64,000 bases of DNA from Antedon mediterranea (Eukaryota > Animalia > Echinodermata). The notes beneath the pieces are model-generated. The model ran no database searches. It was given only the letters and a program-made list of their open reading frames with translations, and was not told where the DNA came from. The DNA lies in assembly GCF_964355755.1 (NCBI RefSeq), contig NC_092678.1:4914422-4978421 (forward strand). Direction: 5' to 3'. This document shows positions 1-10,973 of this stretch, in pieces; position 1 is the first letter of the stretch; each line of letters begins with the position of its first letter. The position numbers and the translations under genes are program-made.

Positions 1-3000
1 GGACCAGGGACTGTGAGACTCTTCTATTACCCCAAGTTCCAACATAGATTCTATCTCTTCTTTTACTTTGCCTAACTTAGCCTGAGGAATTGGATAAGCT
101 CTTAATCTAACTGGGTGTACCCCTAGGTTCATTTCAATATCATGCTTTATTACAGTAGTTTTCCCTGGCTTGTCCTGTAACACTGAGTCAAATTCAGAAA
201 ACACCTCCGCTAAATCTGAAAGCTGAGATTCATCTAATCCTTCACCAGAATCTAAGGTTAAATTGGAACTAGAAATATTTGACCAAGAAATGTCCTTATC
301 CTGACCCTCGTCTTGTCCAGTTACATCATTTATAGCCAGCATAACCTCAATAGTTCTACGATGAAATTGTTTTAAAAGATTTATGTGGTAGACTTTTGAC
401 TTTTTCCGTTTATCATTAGTTTCCACCTCATAGTTTACTGGACCTAGTTTCCTTAAAACCTTGTAAGGACCTTGCCATTTTGCCTCTAATGCATCGTTAC
501 TAGATGGTAAGAGTAATAGGACTTCATCACCTGGACTAAATTCTCTACAAACAGATTTCTGATCATATTTTTGTTTTTGCCTTGTTTGGGATAGTTCAAT
601 GTTTTCCTGGACTAGATCTTTCATTGAAGTTAACCTATCTCTCATTTTAACAACGTGTGAAACCACACTTTGAGGACCTGTCACCGTGCCTGTCCACATT
701 TCTTTCATTATATCAAGTGGACCTCGTACCTTCCAACCATACAATAATTCAAATGGAGAGAACCCAGTTGACTCCTGCGGTACCTCCCTATAAGCAAATA
801 ATAGGTACGGAAGCAATTTATCCCATTCTCGGGGATCATCCTGAACAAATTTTCTAATCATAGCCTTGAGGGTGCCATTAAATCTTTCCACTAATCCATC
901 GGTTTGTGGATGGTAGGGAGAAGTAGTCAAGCCCTTAATTGAAAGTAACTTATAAATTTGACTCAACAACTTAGAGGTAAAGTTAGAGCCTTGATCGGTT
1001 AAAATTTCTGTTGGTACCCCTACCCTGGAAAATAATTTAATCAACTCATCCGCTATCTTTGGAGCTTCAATACTTCTCAGTGGGATAGCCTCCGGATATC
1101 GAGTTGCATAATCACATATAACCAAGACATATTTATTTCCTGTCTTACTCCGTGCTAGTGGACCAACAATGTCCATAGCGATTCGGCGGAATGGTTCACT
1201 GATTATTGGCAAAAGAATCATCGGAGCCTTCAATTTAGTTTTATACTTTGAAGTTTTCTGACAATTTTCACAAGTGTTACAATATTCGGTCACATCCTTT
1301 CTAATACCAGGCCAAAAGAATCTCTGCTTTATCCTATCTAATGTCTTTTTCCTACCTAAATGACCTGCCAAAGGAATATCATGTGAGACTTTCAATACAC
1401 TATTACGGCAAGGGTATGGAACTACTAATTGCTCTATTGGTTCTGTCTGGTGTTTAGTGAAAACCTGCCTAAATAAAATTCCATCCTTACAGACTATCTT
1501 TATAGTGTCATCATCCTTCTGTACTAACATCTGTTCTCGAAGTGAAATTAAAGTTCTATCCTTAACCTGATAATCCTTAATTTTATCTCTGCCAATATCT
1601 AAAATGTCTAATTCACTATCTTGGCTAGATTGAGCTTCCTTTGTTTTTGCAAACTCTTTCCTAACTTTTCGTTTCTCACTTCTGGTTTTATGAACTTTTT
1701 CCTTGGGAGGGTTGTTACTGAGTAGTTGGCCATCTAAATGTCCAAATTCTTCTTGAAAATTAACCACATCATCTAACTGATGTGAAATAACCCCAGAAGC
1801 TTTTTCCGACTTTAATTCGTTTTCCTCTCTTAGTTTTTCTTTTCTAGCATGATCTCTAGTGGCAACAAAACTATGCCTATCATGATTCTTATCCCTCTTT
1901 CCTAATAAGTCTCCAAATTTAGGAAAGTCCCTACCAAGAATTACATCTCTTGGTAAATCGCTGCAAACGCCAACCAACAAATTATGGTCTTCGTTATTAA
2001 TCTTAATATTGACGAATGCAGTAGGATAGGCTTGGACATGGTCATGGACGCACCTGCATGTAATTTTAGCTTGCTCCGCGCGATTAATTTTCTTAGCCGC
2101 TACTAAATCAGAATGAACAAGTGTCATATCACATCCAGAGTCTATCAAAATTTCACAATCACATCCTTCAACTAGGCCTCTACAAATGTAAGGTGTACAT
2201 GGTTTTGAAACAGTATCTGTCTTTGTCGACAAAAAGCCATCCTTACTTCGACAAAATCGTTCTATGTGGCCTACTTTTTTGCACCGTCTACAAACGAGAG
2301 GTTGTCTAGCGTCAGATTGTGATTTATGAAAGTTATCAGGGGGATTATTATTACCCTTACTGTCAACTTCAGGAGTGCCTTTCACTGTTTTCTCCTGGTT
2401 GTTTCTATTTTCGTGTTTTCTATTTTGAAACTTTTTCTCAAAATCGATACCTTTTCTAGCTTGAAAATAATTATCTGCTAATTCCGCAGCATTTAATCCC
2501 GAATCTGGTTTATGTTCTTTAACCCAAATTTGTACCCCTGTGGGCATAATATCTATCAATTGCTCTAAAATAACAATTTCAGCTAAATCATCTTTGCTTT
2601 TATCAGCAGGCCTAGCCCACTTAGTAAATAAATCTTTTAACCTAACATACATTTCTCTATAACTTTCTTCACTTTTCTTTTTAATTGACCTAAACCTTTG
2701 CCTATATGTCTCTTCAGTTATGTCATACCTTTGTAATATTGCTTTCTTCACTATGTCGTACTGGTTACTTTCTGTCACTGGTAGTGATGCATAGGCTGCT
2801 CTTGCTTTGCCTGTCAAATGAGGTATTAGTTTTACTACCCAGTGTTCTTTTCGCCACTCATAGGTGTTAGCAATACGTTCAAACGTAGTGAGATAATTTT
2901 CAATATCATCACTATCAGAAAGCTTTGCAATCTGAACTTCCTTCAATCTCATTATGTCTTTTAATCGTTTCTCCTCACTGTCCTTTTGCTTGTCCATTAA

Positions 3001-3408
3001 CGCCATTACTAATGCTTGCTGTTTCTCCATATCTTCCCTACGTAAACGTTCTTGTCTTTCCATATCTTCTTTGCGTAAACGTTCTTGTTTCTCTATATCT
3101 TCCTTGCGTAAACGTTCTTGTTTCTCTATATCTTCCCGACGTCTTTCATTATCTTCTTGACGTGAACGTTCTTGTTGTTTCATCATCTGCTGCATCATAA
3201 TATTCTGCTGTTGCATTTGCTGCTGCATCAACAACAAAAAGTCTTTTGAAAATGAGTCAGCCCCTGTAGGGTTATGTCCACTGGTTGGTCCAGACTCTTC
3301 TGCCTGTTGTTCAGGTTGAATTGATTGAACTGATTCTACATCCGAATCAGTTTCATCGCCGCCGCTGTATTCTCTACCGGATCTTGTTGTTGATTGTTTA
3401 TCAGCCAT
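1..3408 (-). CDS. Gag-Pol polyprotein (partial): coiled-coil, SCAN-like capsid, CCHC knuckle, aspartic protease, integrase, start of RT
   Basis: ATG at 3408 (MADKQSTTRSG...). Motifs: ETYRQRFRS...EIVILEQLIDIMP...WVKEHKP (SCAN-like); CRRCKKVGHIERFC; LIDSGCDMTLV; HDIPLAGHLG...CNTCENC; MDIVGPL, TDQGSNF, HPQTDGLVERFNGTLK; WQGPYKV; then YPIPQAK...LGVIEESHSPWS (RT N-terminus) in the same frame at base 1. The ORF track omits it, consistent with no in-frame stop inside the window. Confidence 0.93.
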   Translation of the reverse strand, partial: MADKQSTTRSGREYSGGDETDSDVESVQSIQPEQQAEESGPTSGHNPTGADSFSKDFLLLMQQQMQQQNIMMQQMMKQQERSRQEDNERRREDIEKQERLRKEDIEKQERLRKEDMERQERLRREDMEKQQALVMALMDKQKDSEEKRLKDIMRLKEVQIAKLSDSDDIENYLTTFERIANTYEWRKEHWVVKLIPHLTGKARAAYASLPVTESNQYDIVKKAILQRYDITEETYRQRFRSIKKKSEESYREMYVRLKDLFTKWARPADKSKDDLAEIVILEQLIDIMPTGVQIWVKEHKPDSGLNAAELADNYFQARKGIDFEKKFQNRKHENRNNQEKTVKGTPEVDSKGNNNPPDNFHKSQSDARQPLVCRRCKKVGHIERFCRSKDGFLSTKTDTVSKPCTPYICRGLVEGCDCEILIDSGCDMTLVHSDLVAAKKINRAEQAKITCRCVHDHVQAYPTAFVNIKINNEDHNLLVGVCSDLPRDVILGRDFPKFGDLLGKRDKNHDRHSFVATRDHARKEKLREENELKSEKASGVISHQLDDVVNFQEEFGHLDGQLLSNNPPKEKVHKTRSEKRKVRKEFAKTKEAQSSQDSELDILDIGRDKIKDYQVKDRTLISLREQMLVQKDDDTIKIVCKDGILFRQVFTKHQTEPIEQLVVPYPCRNSVLKVSHDIPLAGHLGRKKTLDRIKQRFFWPGIRKDVTEYCNTCENCQKTSKYKTKLKAPMILLPIISEPFRRIAMDIVGPLARSKTGNKYVLVICDYATRYPEAIPLRSIEAPKIADELIKLFSRVGVPTEILTDQGSNFTSKLLSQIYKLLSIKGLTTSPYHPQTDGLVERFNGTLKAMIRKFVQDDPREWDKLLPYLLFAYREVPQESTGFSPFELLYGWKVRGPLDIMKEMWTGTVTGPQSVVSHVVKMRDRLTSMKDLVQENIELSQTRQKQKYDQKSVCREFSPGDEVLLLLPSSNDALEAKWQGPYKVLRKLGPVNYEVETNDKRKKSKVYHINLLKQFHRRTIEVMLAINDVTGQDEGQDKDISWSNISSSNLTLDSGEGLDESQLSDLAEVFSEFDSVLQDKPGKTTVIKHDIEMNLGVHPVRLRAYPIPQAKLGKVKEEIESMLELGVIEESHSPWS

Positions 3409-3727
3409 TTTTTAAATCTGGATGAGGGTCTTGTTACTAGTTAATCGTAGTTACCGAGACGTTCACAAGTCTACTGTTCCAAATAAATAATGTACTGTTC
3501 TTAAAACAATGTTTGTGTACTTACGATTAAACAAAACGTAGCACCACGGCTTCCGTAAAATATCTCAGTATCGTAAGTACCACTTCCTCAAAATATCAAT
3601 AAAAGTACAGTTGATCCTAAACAGCCACCAATCTATGGCAAAATACAGTAGATCAAACTGCTACCACAAAATATCACAACAGTACTGTAGATAAATACAC
3701 AGTTAAGTCGAACAGTAGATCGAAATA

Positions 3728-3740
3728 ACCGCTGCCACCA
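3728..3740 (-). other. Primer-binding site complementary to tRNA-Leu 3' end
   Basis: Minus strand TGGTGGCAGCGGT is complementary to ...ACCGCUGCCACCA of eukaryotic tRNA-Leu(AAG/UAG); it lies 5 nt from the LTR end ...GTGACA. Confidence 0.85.
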
Positions 3741-3745
3741 AATTA

Positions 3746-4221
3746 TGTCACGAACTCCTCTCACGTATGTTTCCGAGCGGTTGAAAATACTTTAGGAACT
3801 CCCTTGTGACATAAAAGTATACACACAAAATCCACAAAGTTGTAAAATAACTCAAAAACAAAGCTTTAATTTCAATCAACTTCAACTTTCAACAATCCAG
3901 TAAGCACTTTAAACAACAGTTTCACAATAACTTTACAATATAATATCCAACCTCTAATCCAACAACCTTACAATAGTTTACATCCCTTTATATACAAGAT
4001 GCTCCTATCCTTCTAGATCATTCTTTATACTTCTCATTATTACATGATTACAGTTTCTATTAATAGCACTTCTGGAATGTTCTAGATTGTTCTTATTAAT
4101 TATACATGGTTTATTAAATCAAAACATCTTATTCTAGAATGTTCATGTAAATACTATGTTACTCTATATGTTAGGGAATGGTAATTTATTACAGTTGATG
4201 ATGTTGATTGCCTTGATAACA
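3746..4221 (-). repeat. 5' LTR of the Gmr1-like element
   Basis: Ends in TGACA (minus) next to the PBS. Candidate start TGTTATCA at 4221. Minus-strand TATATAAA near 3987-3994 and ATTAAA near 3865-3870. The second LTR is outside the window, so the far boundary is unverified. Confidence 0.6.
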
Positions 4222-4302
4222 ATAAACAATAGTACACATCTATTTTGCATTGTAGGGCCTACTTTTATCATCCGTGTGCATAAACGACAAATTAACAGCG
4301 CG

Positions 4303-7181
4303 ATGGGCAATGTGAACGGCGGTGGTAAACAAGGTGTTACTGAATTGATGGATGCAGATGATCGGCCTAACACTAGTATTGGACACCGGGAAAACGAAGA
4401 CAACATGAGCATCGTGATCGGCAGAAAAGATAACAGTCTAACAACTATTGTATACGGTTAGTATAGAGTTACCTCCTGTTTATACTCTTACCAGCAGTAG
4501 CGTTATTATCAGCGTTAGTACGCGTCCGGTTAGCGCGTGTAAAAAGCGGGCGTCTTTTGCGCAGCTTGTGATAAATGCATTTAATAAACCAATTGAAAAT
4601 ATTGTTGATGTAAACATTATCACATAATGGTTATCATTGCCCATGAAAAACATCTGGACAGAAGATTCAACCAATCAGAACACCGTACAGTGCACTTGTT
4701 TTGTAAGGTCAATCGATTGGTTGAAATTAATTCACCAGCTTCATACTATTGTCATAATTACCGACGTTTGCTAATTAAAATGCTCATAAAACTATATTTC
4801 ATTTATATCTCAATTCAGATTCAGATGAAATTGCAACGGGCTTGGTTGATGAACAACAACCAGACACGGCGATTACGGGTGTTCAGTTCGCTCCTGACGG
4901 CACATACTACACTGGAATATACTCTCAGGACGGCAAGTTTATCCCAACGGCTAGAACCACCACAGACGGTCGACGTCAAAGCGGATTACTAGGACCAGAC
5001 GGAAGATTTTACGCGCATGCGTATTACGGCAAAGATGGCAGGTTAAATGCGCGCAAAAGTAGTCCGGTTTATGATATCGGATTTGTATTTTTGAACGCGA
5101 ACCAAATTCAGCAGAATAATTTACAATCTATAGAACACGTGGCGGATGCGAATGTTACAATTGGTCAACATTTTGACGAAATAAGAGAATTGAGTAATCT
5201 ACGTCATCATAATTTTGATAAAACCAAAGAAATTATTTCGAGACAACCAAAACCAACCGATCTTGTTGACTATATAAATAAGCCTACTCACAATATGCAA
5301 GCTGAAAACTGGAAAGACTCACGATTTATTAAAAATGTTTTTAAACAAAACGATAAAACTGACGGAGATAGTAATGAAGAATACAAAGTAGACGATGATC
5401 GCAAATGTAAAAATGACGTATTAACAAACAGTAAAGACCAGACAATACAGAACAATAGTACATACGAGGGAAGGAAGTACAGCGCCAACGAACCATCTAA
5501 GAAAACCGACAATATGTCATCGATTATAAATAAAACAAAACAAATTGACGAAGATTTACCCAATACTCCTGAGATCAAAAGAGATAAAGAAAACGAGGTT
5601 TTAGATTTAAAAGACGATAATGTCAAAATGAACGAGGGAAGTCATTACACGTACAGTGATGAATCATTTCACAGTCTGATTGATCAAGAAGATTCTATTA
5701 CAGAACGTAAGCATCAAGAATATCTTGGAGAAGATGCAACAATTCCTGTAGAAAATAGGCATACGTCCTCACATGATAGGACAAAACAGAGTAGCGTAAT
5801 CGCGGAGCAGAGCGTCACCGCGCGTCAAAAACAACGCAGAGATAGTACATTCAATTATATGGGAGTAAAAGACAAAACAGCTGCTACGGATTCGAAGGAA
5901 AGTCTGTCAAGCGGTCGAAACAAGGATAAAGAAATTAAAAAGTCGGTTATCAAGAACAAAGCTGTGAAGAATGTCACTGGCAAACCAGACACAAAGCCAG
6001 GATATTTACAGAAACACATGTTCGCTACCCCAGAAGAATCCTTGGCAAAGACTAGTGCTGTGCTTGGTGCATCCGGAAAAAAGAAAGGCACCAAACTAGT
6101 TAATCATTCTGCTGCTTATAAAACACCTGCTGGTGGAAATATACCAGTTATAAGTGAAAGTCGTGATGCCTCACCAACGAACATTACCAGTGACGTCAAT
6201 AAATTTCCTACAAAGATTCCAGGGAGTGAATTGAAGAGGACATTGGATAAACGACCAGAAGGTCAACTGCCAGCGTTCAAACCAGAGAAACCCGAGTCTG
6301 ACATTGTTATGAAAGATCGTATATCAAGTTCTCTTACAGAAAAGAGAAAAGACACATTGCCAGCACTGCCTGGTATCTCAACGAAGCAAGGTAATGAATA
6401 TGAAACCACAAAACGAAAGCCAAAAAATATTGTAAAGAAAGCTGCAAAGAGTAAAAGAAAAACAGTTGGTAAAGCGGCGATGACGACAAAAAGCAACACA
6501 GACACTAGTGATGTTAAAGATATCGCGAAAGATGATGATCAAGAAATGAAAGAGGAACAATTGAGAGATGAGCAACCAGGCAGCATGCTGTCATCTGACA
6601 TCAATATAATGTTTCAGGGTGATTTACTACCAAAGCTTCAGGACACCACCACCAGTAGCAGTAGTACTCCATCCCACAGAATGACATACTCCACACTTCC
6701 CAGTACATTTGGTGAACTGCCCAAACTAATCAAACTTGCTACCATCAGTAACCAAAAAATAAACTCAACTGGCGATTCAGAAATGTTTGGATTTGACGAC
6801 AAGCAACTGGAAGTTGTCGAAGAACCAAAGGTGGTAACCGAGATACCTATCGAACACCCACAGGTCAAAGGTTATATGAGCAGTCCAGTATCTATGTCAA
6901 CAGTATCTGCAACATCATCTCAGGAAAGCGTTTTTGAATCTGTCAGTGAAATATGGAGGAAGCATGATGATGAACTTATCAAACTACAGAAGATGGAAAT
7001 CAACGGCGGAATATCAATACTAAATTTCACGCCAGCTTTTCGATTTTCCTTATTTCAAATTCCACATCAATATGTAGAATACAATAAACAATTGTCTGAA
7101 AGAGCTAGAATGATACGGTTCTTAAAAAAACCAAGAAAAGCAAAAAGAAAGGTTGTTAAAAAAGTAAAAAGTGAATTGTAA
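4303..7181 (+). CDS. Uncharacterised spliced protein of about 838 aa (exons 4303-4456 and 4819-7181); N-terminal xDG hairpin-like repeats, long charged disordered middle, hydrophobic/basic C-terminus
   Basis: The 779-aa ORF 4842-7181 extends upstream to a CAG acceptor (4818). The MGNVNGGG... exon ends G|GTTAGT at 4456 and phase 1 matches. AATAAA at 7184. An acceptor at 4255 suggests possible further upstream exons. Confidence 0.75.
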
Positions 7182-7348
7182 ACAATAAAACCTACTGCCG
7201 AAATCACTTACTGTTTAATCTTTATTGCACTTTTTTAAAGTTCAATTTCTTTTACAAATAATTCTTTTATAGTTAAATAATGGTTGAAAGTAAAGTAATG
7301 TAAGTTCATTTCACTAAAATTTAGAGATCATTATATTCAAACAAAGTA

Positions 7349-10300
7349 TCACATTTGCTGTAATGGTTGAATATTAAGTAGTGAAAGTGAATTTAGCATG
7401 ACTCGTTGAACAGCTTTCAATAAGTGTAAACGTGCAAACATTACTGGTAATAGATGTTGTCTTGGTTCCTGCAAAACAAACAATATACATTCTATCATTA
7501 TGGTATCGTTTTCATCTTTATATATGTGAAATCTTTTAGAATTTTGACTTGGTGTTATGTGTTTGTTGCTTTATATACCAAAATAAAAAATGAAATCAAT
7601 CTCTAGGTCGACAAGGAAGAGTTTAAACAAGGCCATATACATTGCTGCAGTCGCGTGCTCAAGTTAGTGTTTACCGATCTAACGACTAACATAGTGAGCT
7701 GTAGAGTCGCTTTGGACGCGACTAAAAATGGTTCTTACCCCTAAAACATGTGTTCTGCTGTAGTAGGTGCTAAGATCTTTACTTAAATTCATCAAAAAAG
7801 CACAAATCTGTTGCGATAAAAAAAATACAAACATCTGTTATTGTGCACAATTAATTTACCCGGTCGCCTATCAAAAATCGAAAACTACCTAAGGTCAAAG
7901 GTGAATACAAACATATTCAACAATACCTTGTGTGTTTGCAGTTGGATTCTAGGCCCGATAGAATTGAAAATAGGCTGCAACAGCTCAGCCACAATATCAG
8001 GGAATGGCAAGATATATTGGAAGAGAATGTACCATTCAGCCTCTTCTTTCAAAAAACTAAAGTCAATGTCTTTGATGTCGGGTAGAGGTGGGTAATATTG
8101 TGCGTGAACTCTCTGCTCAAGTTTGTTGAACAATGTTGATAACCTAGCGTAGTTATACATAACAAAAACACCATCTCTGCTCTCGGCTTCCTCTCCCAAG
8201 TTAAGTTTAATCTGTAGGTGTAGAACATGAAATGAGCTAAATATACTGTGTAAAGTCGTATGGTAGTTTCCCGATTAATCGTACGATCAAACGGTACTGG
8301 GTATGATCAACTAGCGTTCGTGTTCCCATTAATTATCTAAATCTAAAAAGTTATATAATAACATAAACATACATACGTTATTATGGGGTGAAGTACCTAG
8401 GAGCTCAAACTTGAGGGCAGCAGATGTAAGCCTGGCTATTCTTGCATCCCACATTTCACCTAAAATAAAACAATAAAAAAATTAATATTTTCATGCCAAA
8501 GTTAATAATAGAAACATTGATTGTTACCATGGTTGCATTACAATGGTTGATAAAATACCTTGAATAGTTTCGCCATGTTTCATCTCAGAGGCCTTTCTCA
8601 TCTGCTTACTCCTTACTTTAAAGAATTCATGAGCACTAATTTGCATATGACCAGGTGGCATACTACTTTCAACTTGCACATGGCCATGTACTAGGTGGAC
8701 ATGCTGACACTTGTGTTGTGAACAAATTCTTTGTAAGATGTCTAAGCACTGTTGTTTGTACTCTCTATCATGACTTGTGATATGTAACACAAAAATATCA
8801 ACCTGAAAAAAAAAAAATTACTGTAATTTAACATAATATGGTAAAATCATGCATGTGTTTACCAATTTTATAGATTATAGTTGTGTTATTTCTCTAAAAA
8901 CTGTGATTTTACTTACCGTTTTCTTAAGAGAATCAAGAACAAACTCTATCATAGACAACTCCTCAAGTAAGTTTACTGATTCTGTTCCCGTTTCATTCAC
9001 TAAGACAAGAAAATACTATTGATTACATTCAACTTCTTAAGGACTCATAGCCAGTGCACACAAGTTCTTAAGCTCTGTCTGCACTATCAAACTTTATGTG
9101 ATGTGCCCATATATGGACATGATGATGTCATATCACTACCATATTTGGGGATACCACTACCATATTTGGGATACCACTACCATATTTGGGCACATCACAC
9201 TTTTTTTTGTGAAACTAGTTTGATGATGTAAACAGAGCTTTAGGATTATTATCTCAAATTTGTTTTAAAGAATTTCTGAGAGCCTAAAATGAGAATTATA
9301 ATTCAACAAGTAAATAATCTTACCCGATATTGTTTTAATATTTTTACTATAATTCTTCCCAATTGTCCTTTGCTCTTCAACATAACCACTAACATTAAGT
9401 AAAACATTACAAGCATTTGAGGCTTGCAACCTGTTTTCTTCAGTCATGCTTTCTGTTGGAACACGGAATTCGCTTTCTTCTAGTGAGGTTTGTAGCTTCT
9501 TTGTGCAATGTTCAACGGTTGGAAGTTTCTCATGTCTAGATATAAGAAATACTTCACTAATCCAAATTGGGATGTTTGGTTGCCCAGCATTGTGTACAGG
9601 AAGCCTAAAAACAAATAAGAAATCGGTGGAATTAGAGAATATTTACATGTACAGTGGATTTACTTGATTTATTATTATATTAGATAAAAAGATGTAAATG
9701 GTAATAAATAATTAAAAGTATATATAAAAGTATTATTAAATTTCTGAAATAAGGAAACTAAACAGACTTCACAGATTTCAGCATTATCTCCATATGATCA
9801 CGAAGAAGTAGCGCCCTCAATTGTGTTAGCGTCATATCCGATTCTTGATTGGTTGGTCCAACAGCACAATGGAGTAGCACATCTTGATTCATACTCAATG
9901 TCTTGTAACCATAGCGATCACCTTCATCTTGTACCATTTTTAACACCTTCTCAAATGTTTGTCGTCTGCTAATTGAAATGTTTAGAGATCCTGAGGGCGA
10001 CAAACAGCAAGAATCTAAAGGTAAAATCCAATTTTTGCTTTCTTCTTGCATCGACGACATCATATTAATCAACTAAAGAAAACAAGTTTGCATATTGATG
10101 ATTAATAACTGATCATATTAAATTGATTAAATATTTTATATTGATCAATAACTGATAAATATGTTCTTTTACGATTTAATTACATTAGTTATTACTTTAC
10201 AATAAGTACAGTTATAGGCTTATTAATTATAATGATAATTAATATGCCCAATTAATACATTTATATAATTTGTATAATTAATATTAAAGTAATTTCTGTT

Positions 10301-10742
10301 ATTTATTATTGTGATATGATAATATGATAGGCATATATTAAAACTTTAAATCATAGTAATAGTATCAGGGAAGATTTCAATTACATTAAATTACATAATT
10401 TAACTCTTCCCTGGTAGTATATACTAAATATAAATGTATACGTACCTCTATAGTTTCATCACCCTTGCAAGTTTGGTCAGCAACTGTAAAACCTGCTGCA
10501 CGTAGAACACCGCCTGGAACATACACATCACAACGACGGTTCGCTAATAGGCCTTGGCTTAAACTCTCATTATTTCTGAATTGATTACGCCTAATAATAC
10601 GTTTATTGTACTTTATATCAATCCATGGTTTATTTGAAGCAAATAAATTAAAGTGATTCTCTATATTCTGCGTTAATCTATCCATAATACTCTTACTTGC
10701 TTTAGAATGTAACAACACAACTTCTTCCATGGGCGCCGCCAT
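7349..10742 (-). CDS. DALRD3: DALR anticodon-binding domain-containing protein 3 (9 coding exons)
   Basis: ATG in AAGATGGCGG context at 10742. GT-AG spliced exons give ...SAALKFELL..., GVFVMYNYARLSTLF, EEAEWYILFQYILPFP, LSKDLSTYYSRTHVLG|EPRQHLLPVMFARLHLLKAVQRVMLNSLSLLNIQPLQQM*. Stop at 7349-7351. Confidence 0.92.
7625..7728. mobile_element. Short Helentron/HINE-like non-autonomous element remnant
   Basis: Starts AAACAAGG, has subterminal AGTCGCGT, and ends in hairpin AGTCGC-tttggac-GCGACT plus AAAAA, resembling DINE-1/HINE architecture. Confidence 0.4.
9071..9239. mobile_element. PIF/Harbinger-like MITE family A, copy 1
   Basis: TIR consensus AGCTCTGTCTACACTATCAAACT...AGTTTGATAGTGTAGACAGAGCT (a few mismatches in this copy); TTA on both flanks; internal 20-bp CACTACCATATTTGGG repeats. 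Confidence 0.85.
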
Positions 10743-10973
10743 CTTGAAAAATGTTCCGCCCTCTAGTGGTATCGGTCAAAGGCCACTGCTAAACAACCAA
10801 TCAGAAACTTTAAAAAAGTTTTGGGAAACTTTTTTTGTGTGCTGTGTGCAAGAAGGAAGGAAGTGTGGTTCCTTTAAAAAACAGTTTTCTATAAAATAAT
10901 TATGTCTAATATTGGAAAGCCACGGTACTGTAAGTAGAATATCATTGGCTGATAAGAATGACAAACATATAAA
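10743..10973. promoter_or_regulatory. Bidirectional promoter DALRD3/MSH4
   Basis: About 230 bp between divergent ATGs. CCAAT at about 10797 and ATTGG at about 10944. YY1-like AAGATGGCGG spans the DALRD3 ATG. Confidence 0.7.

Larger units (their letters stand above)
1..4221 (-). mobile_element. Gmr1-like Ty3/Gypsy LTR retrotransposon, 5' half (continues beyond window start)
   Basis: Single long minus-strand ORF with domain order Gag-PR-IN-RT (integrase before RT, the Gmr1 clade arrangement), preceded by a PBS and an LTR-like segment. The outer LTR edge (about 4221) is tentative. Confidence 0.93.

Noticed and set aside
657-3200. Plus-strand ORFs 657-857, 2121-2309, 2925-3200, 2954-3160
   Set aside because: Antisense shadows of the retrotransposon Gag-Pol frame and its 33-nt repeats.
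5288-6868. Minus-strand ORFs inside the 779-aa ORF
   Set aside because: Antisense shadows with no independent features.
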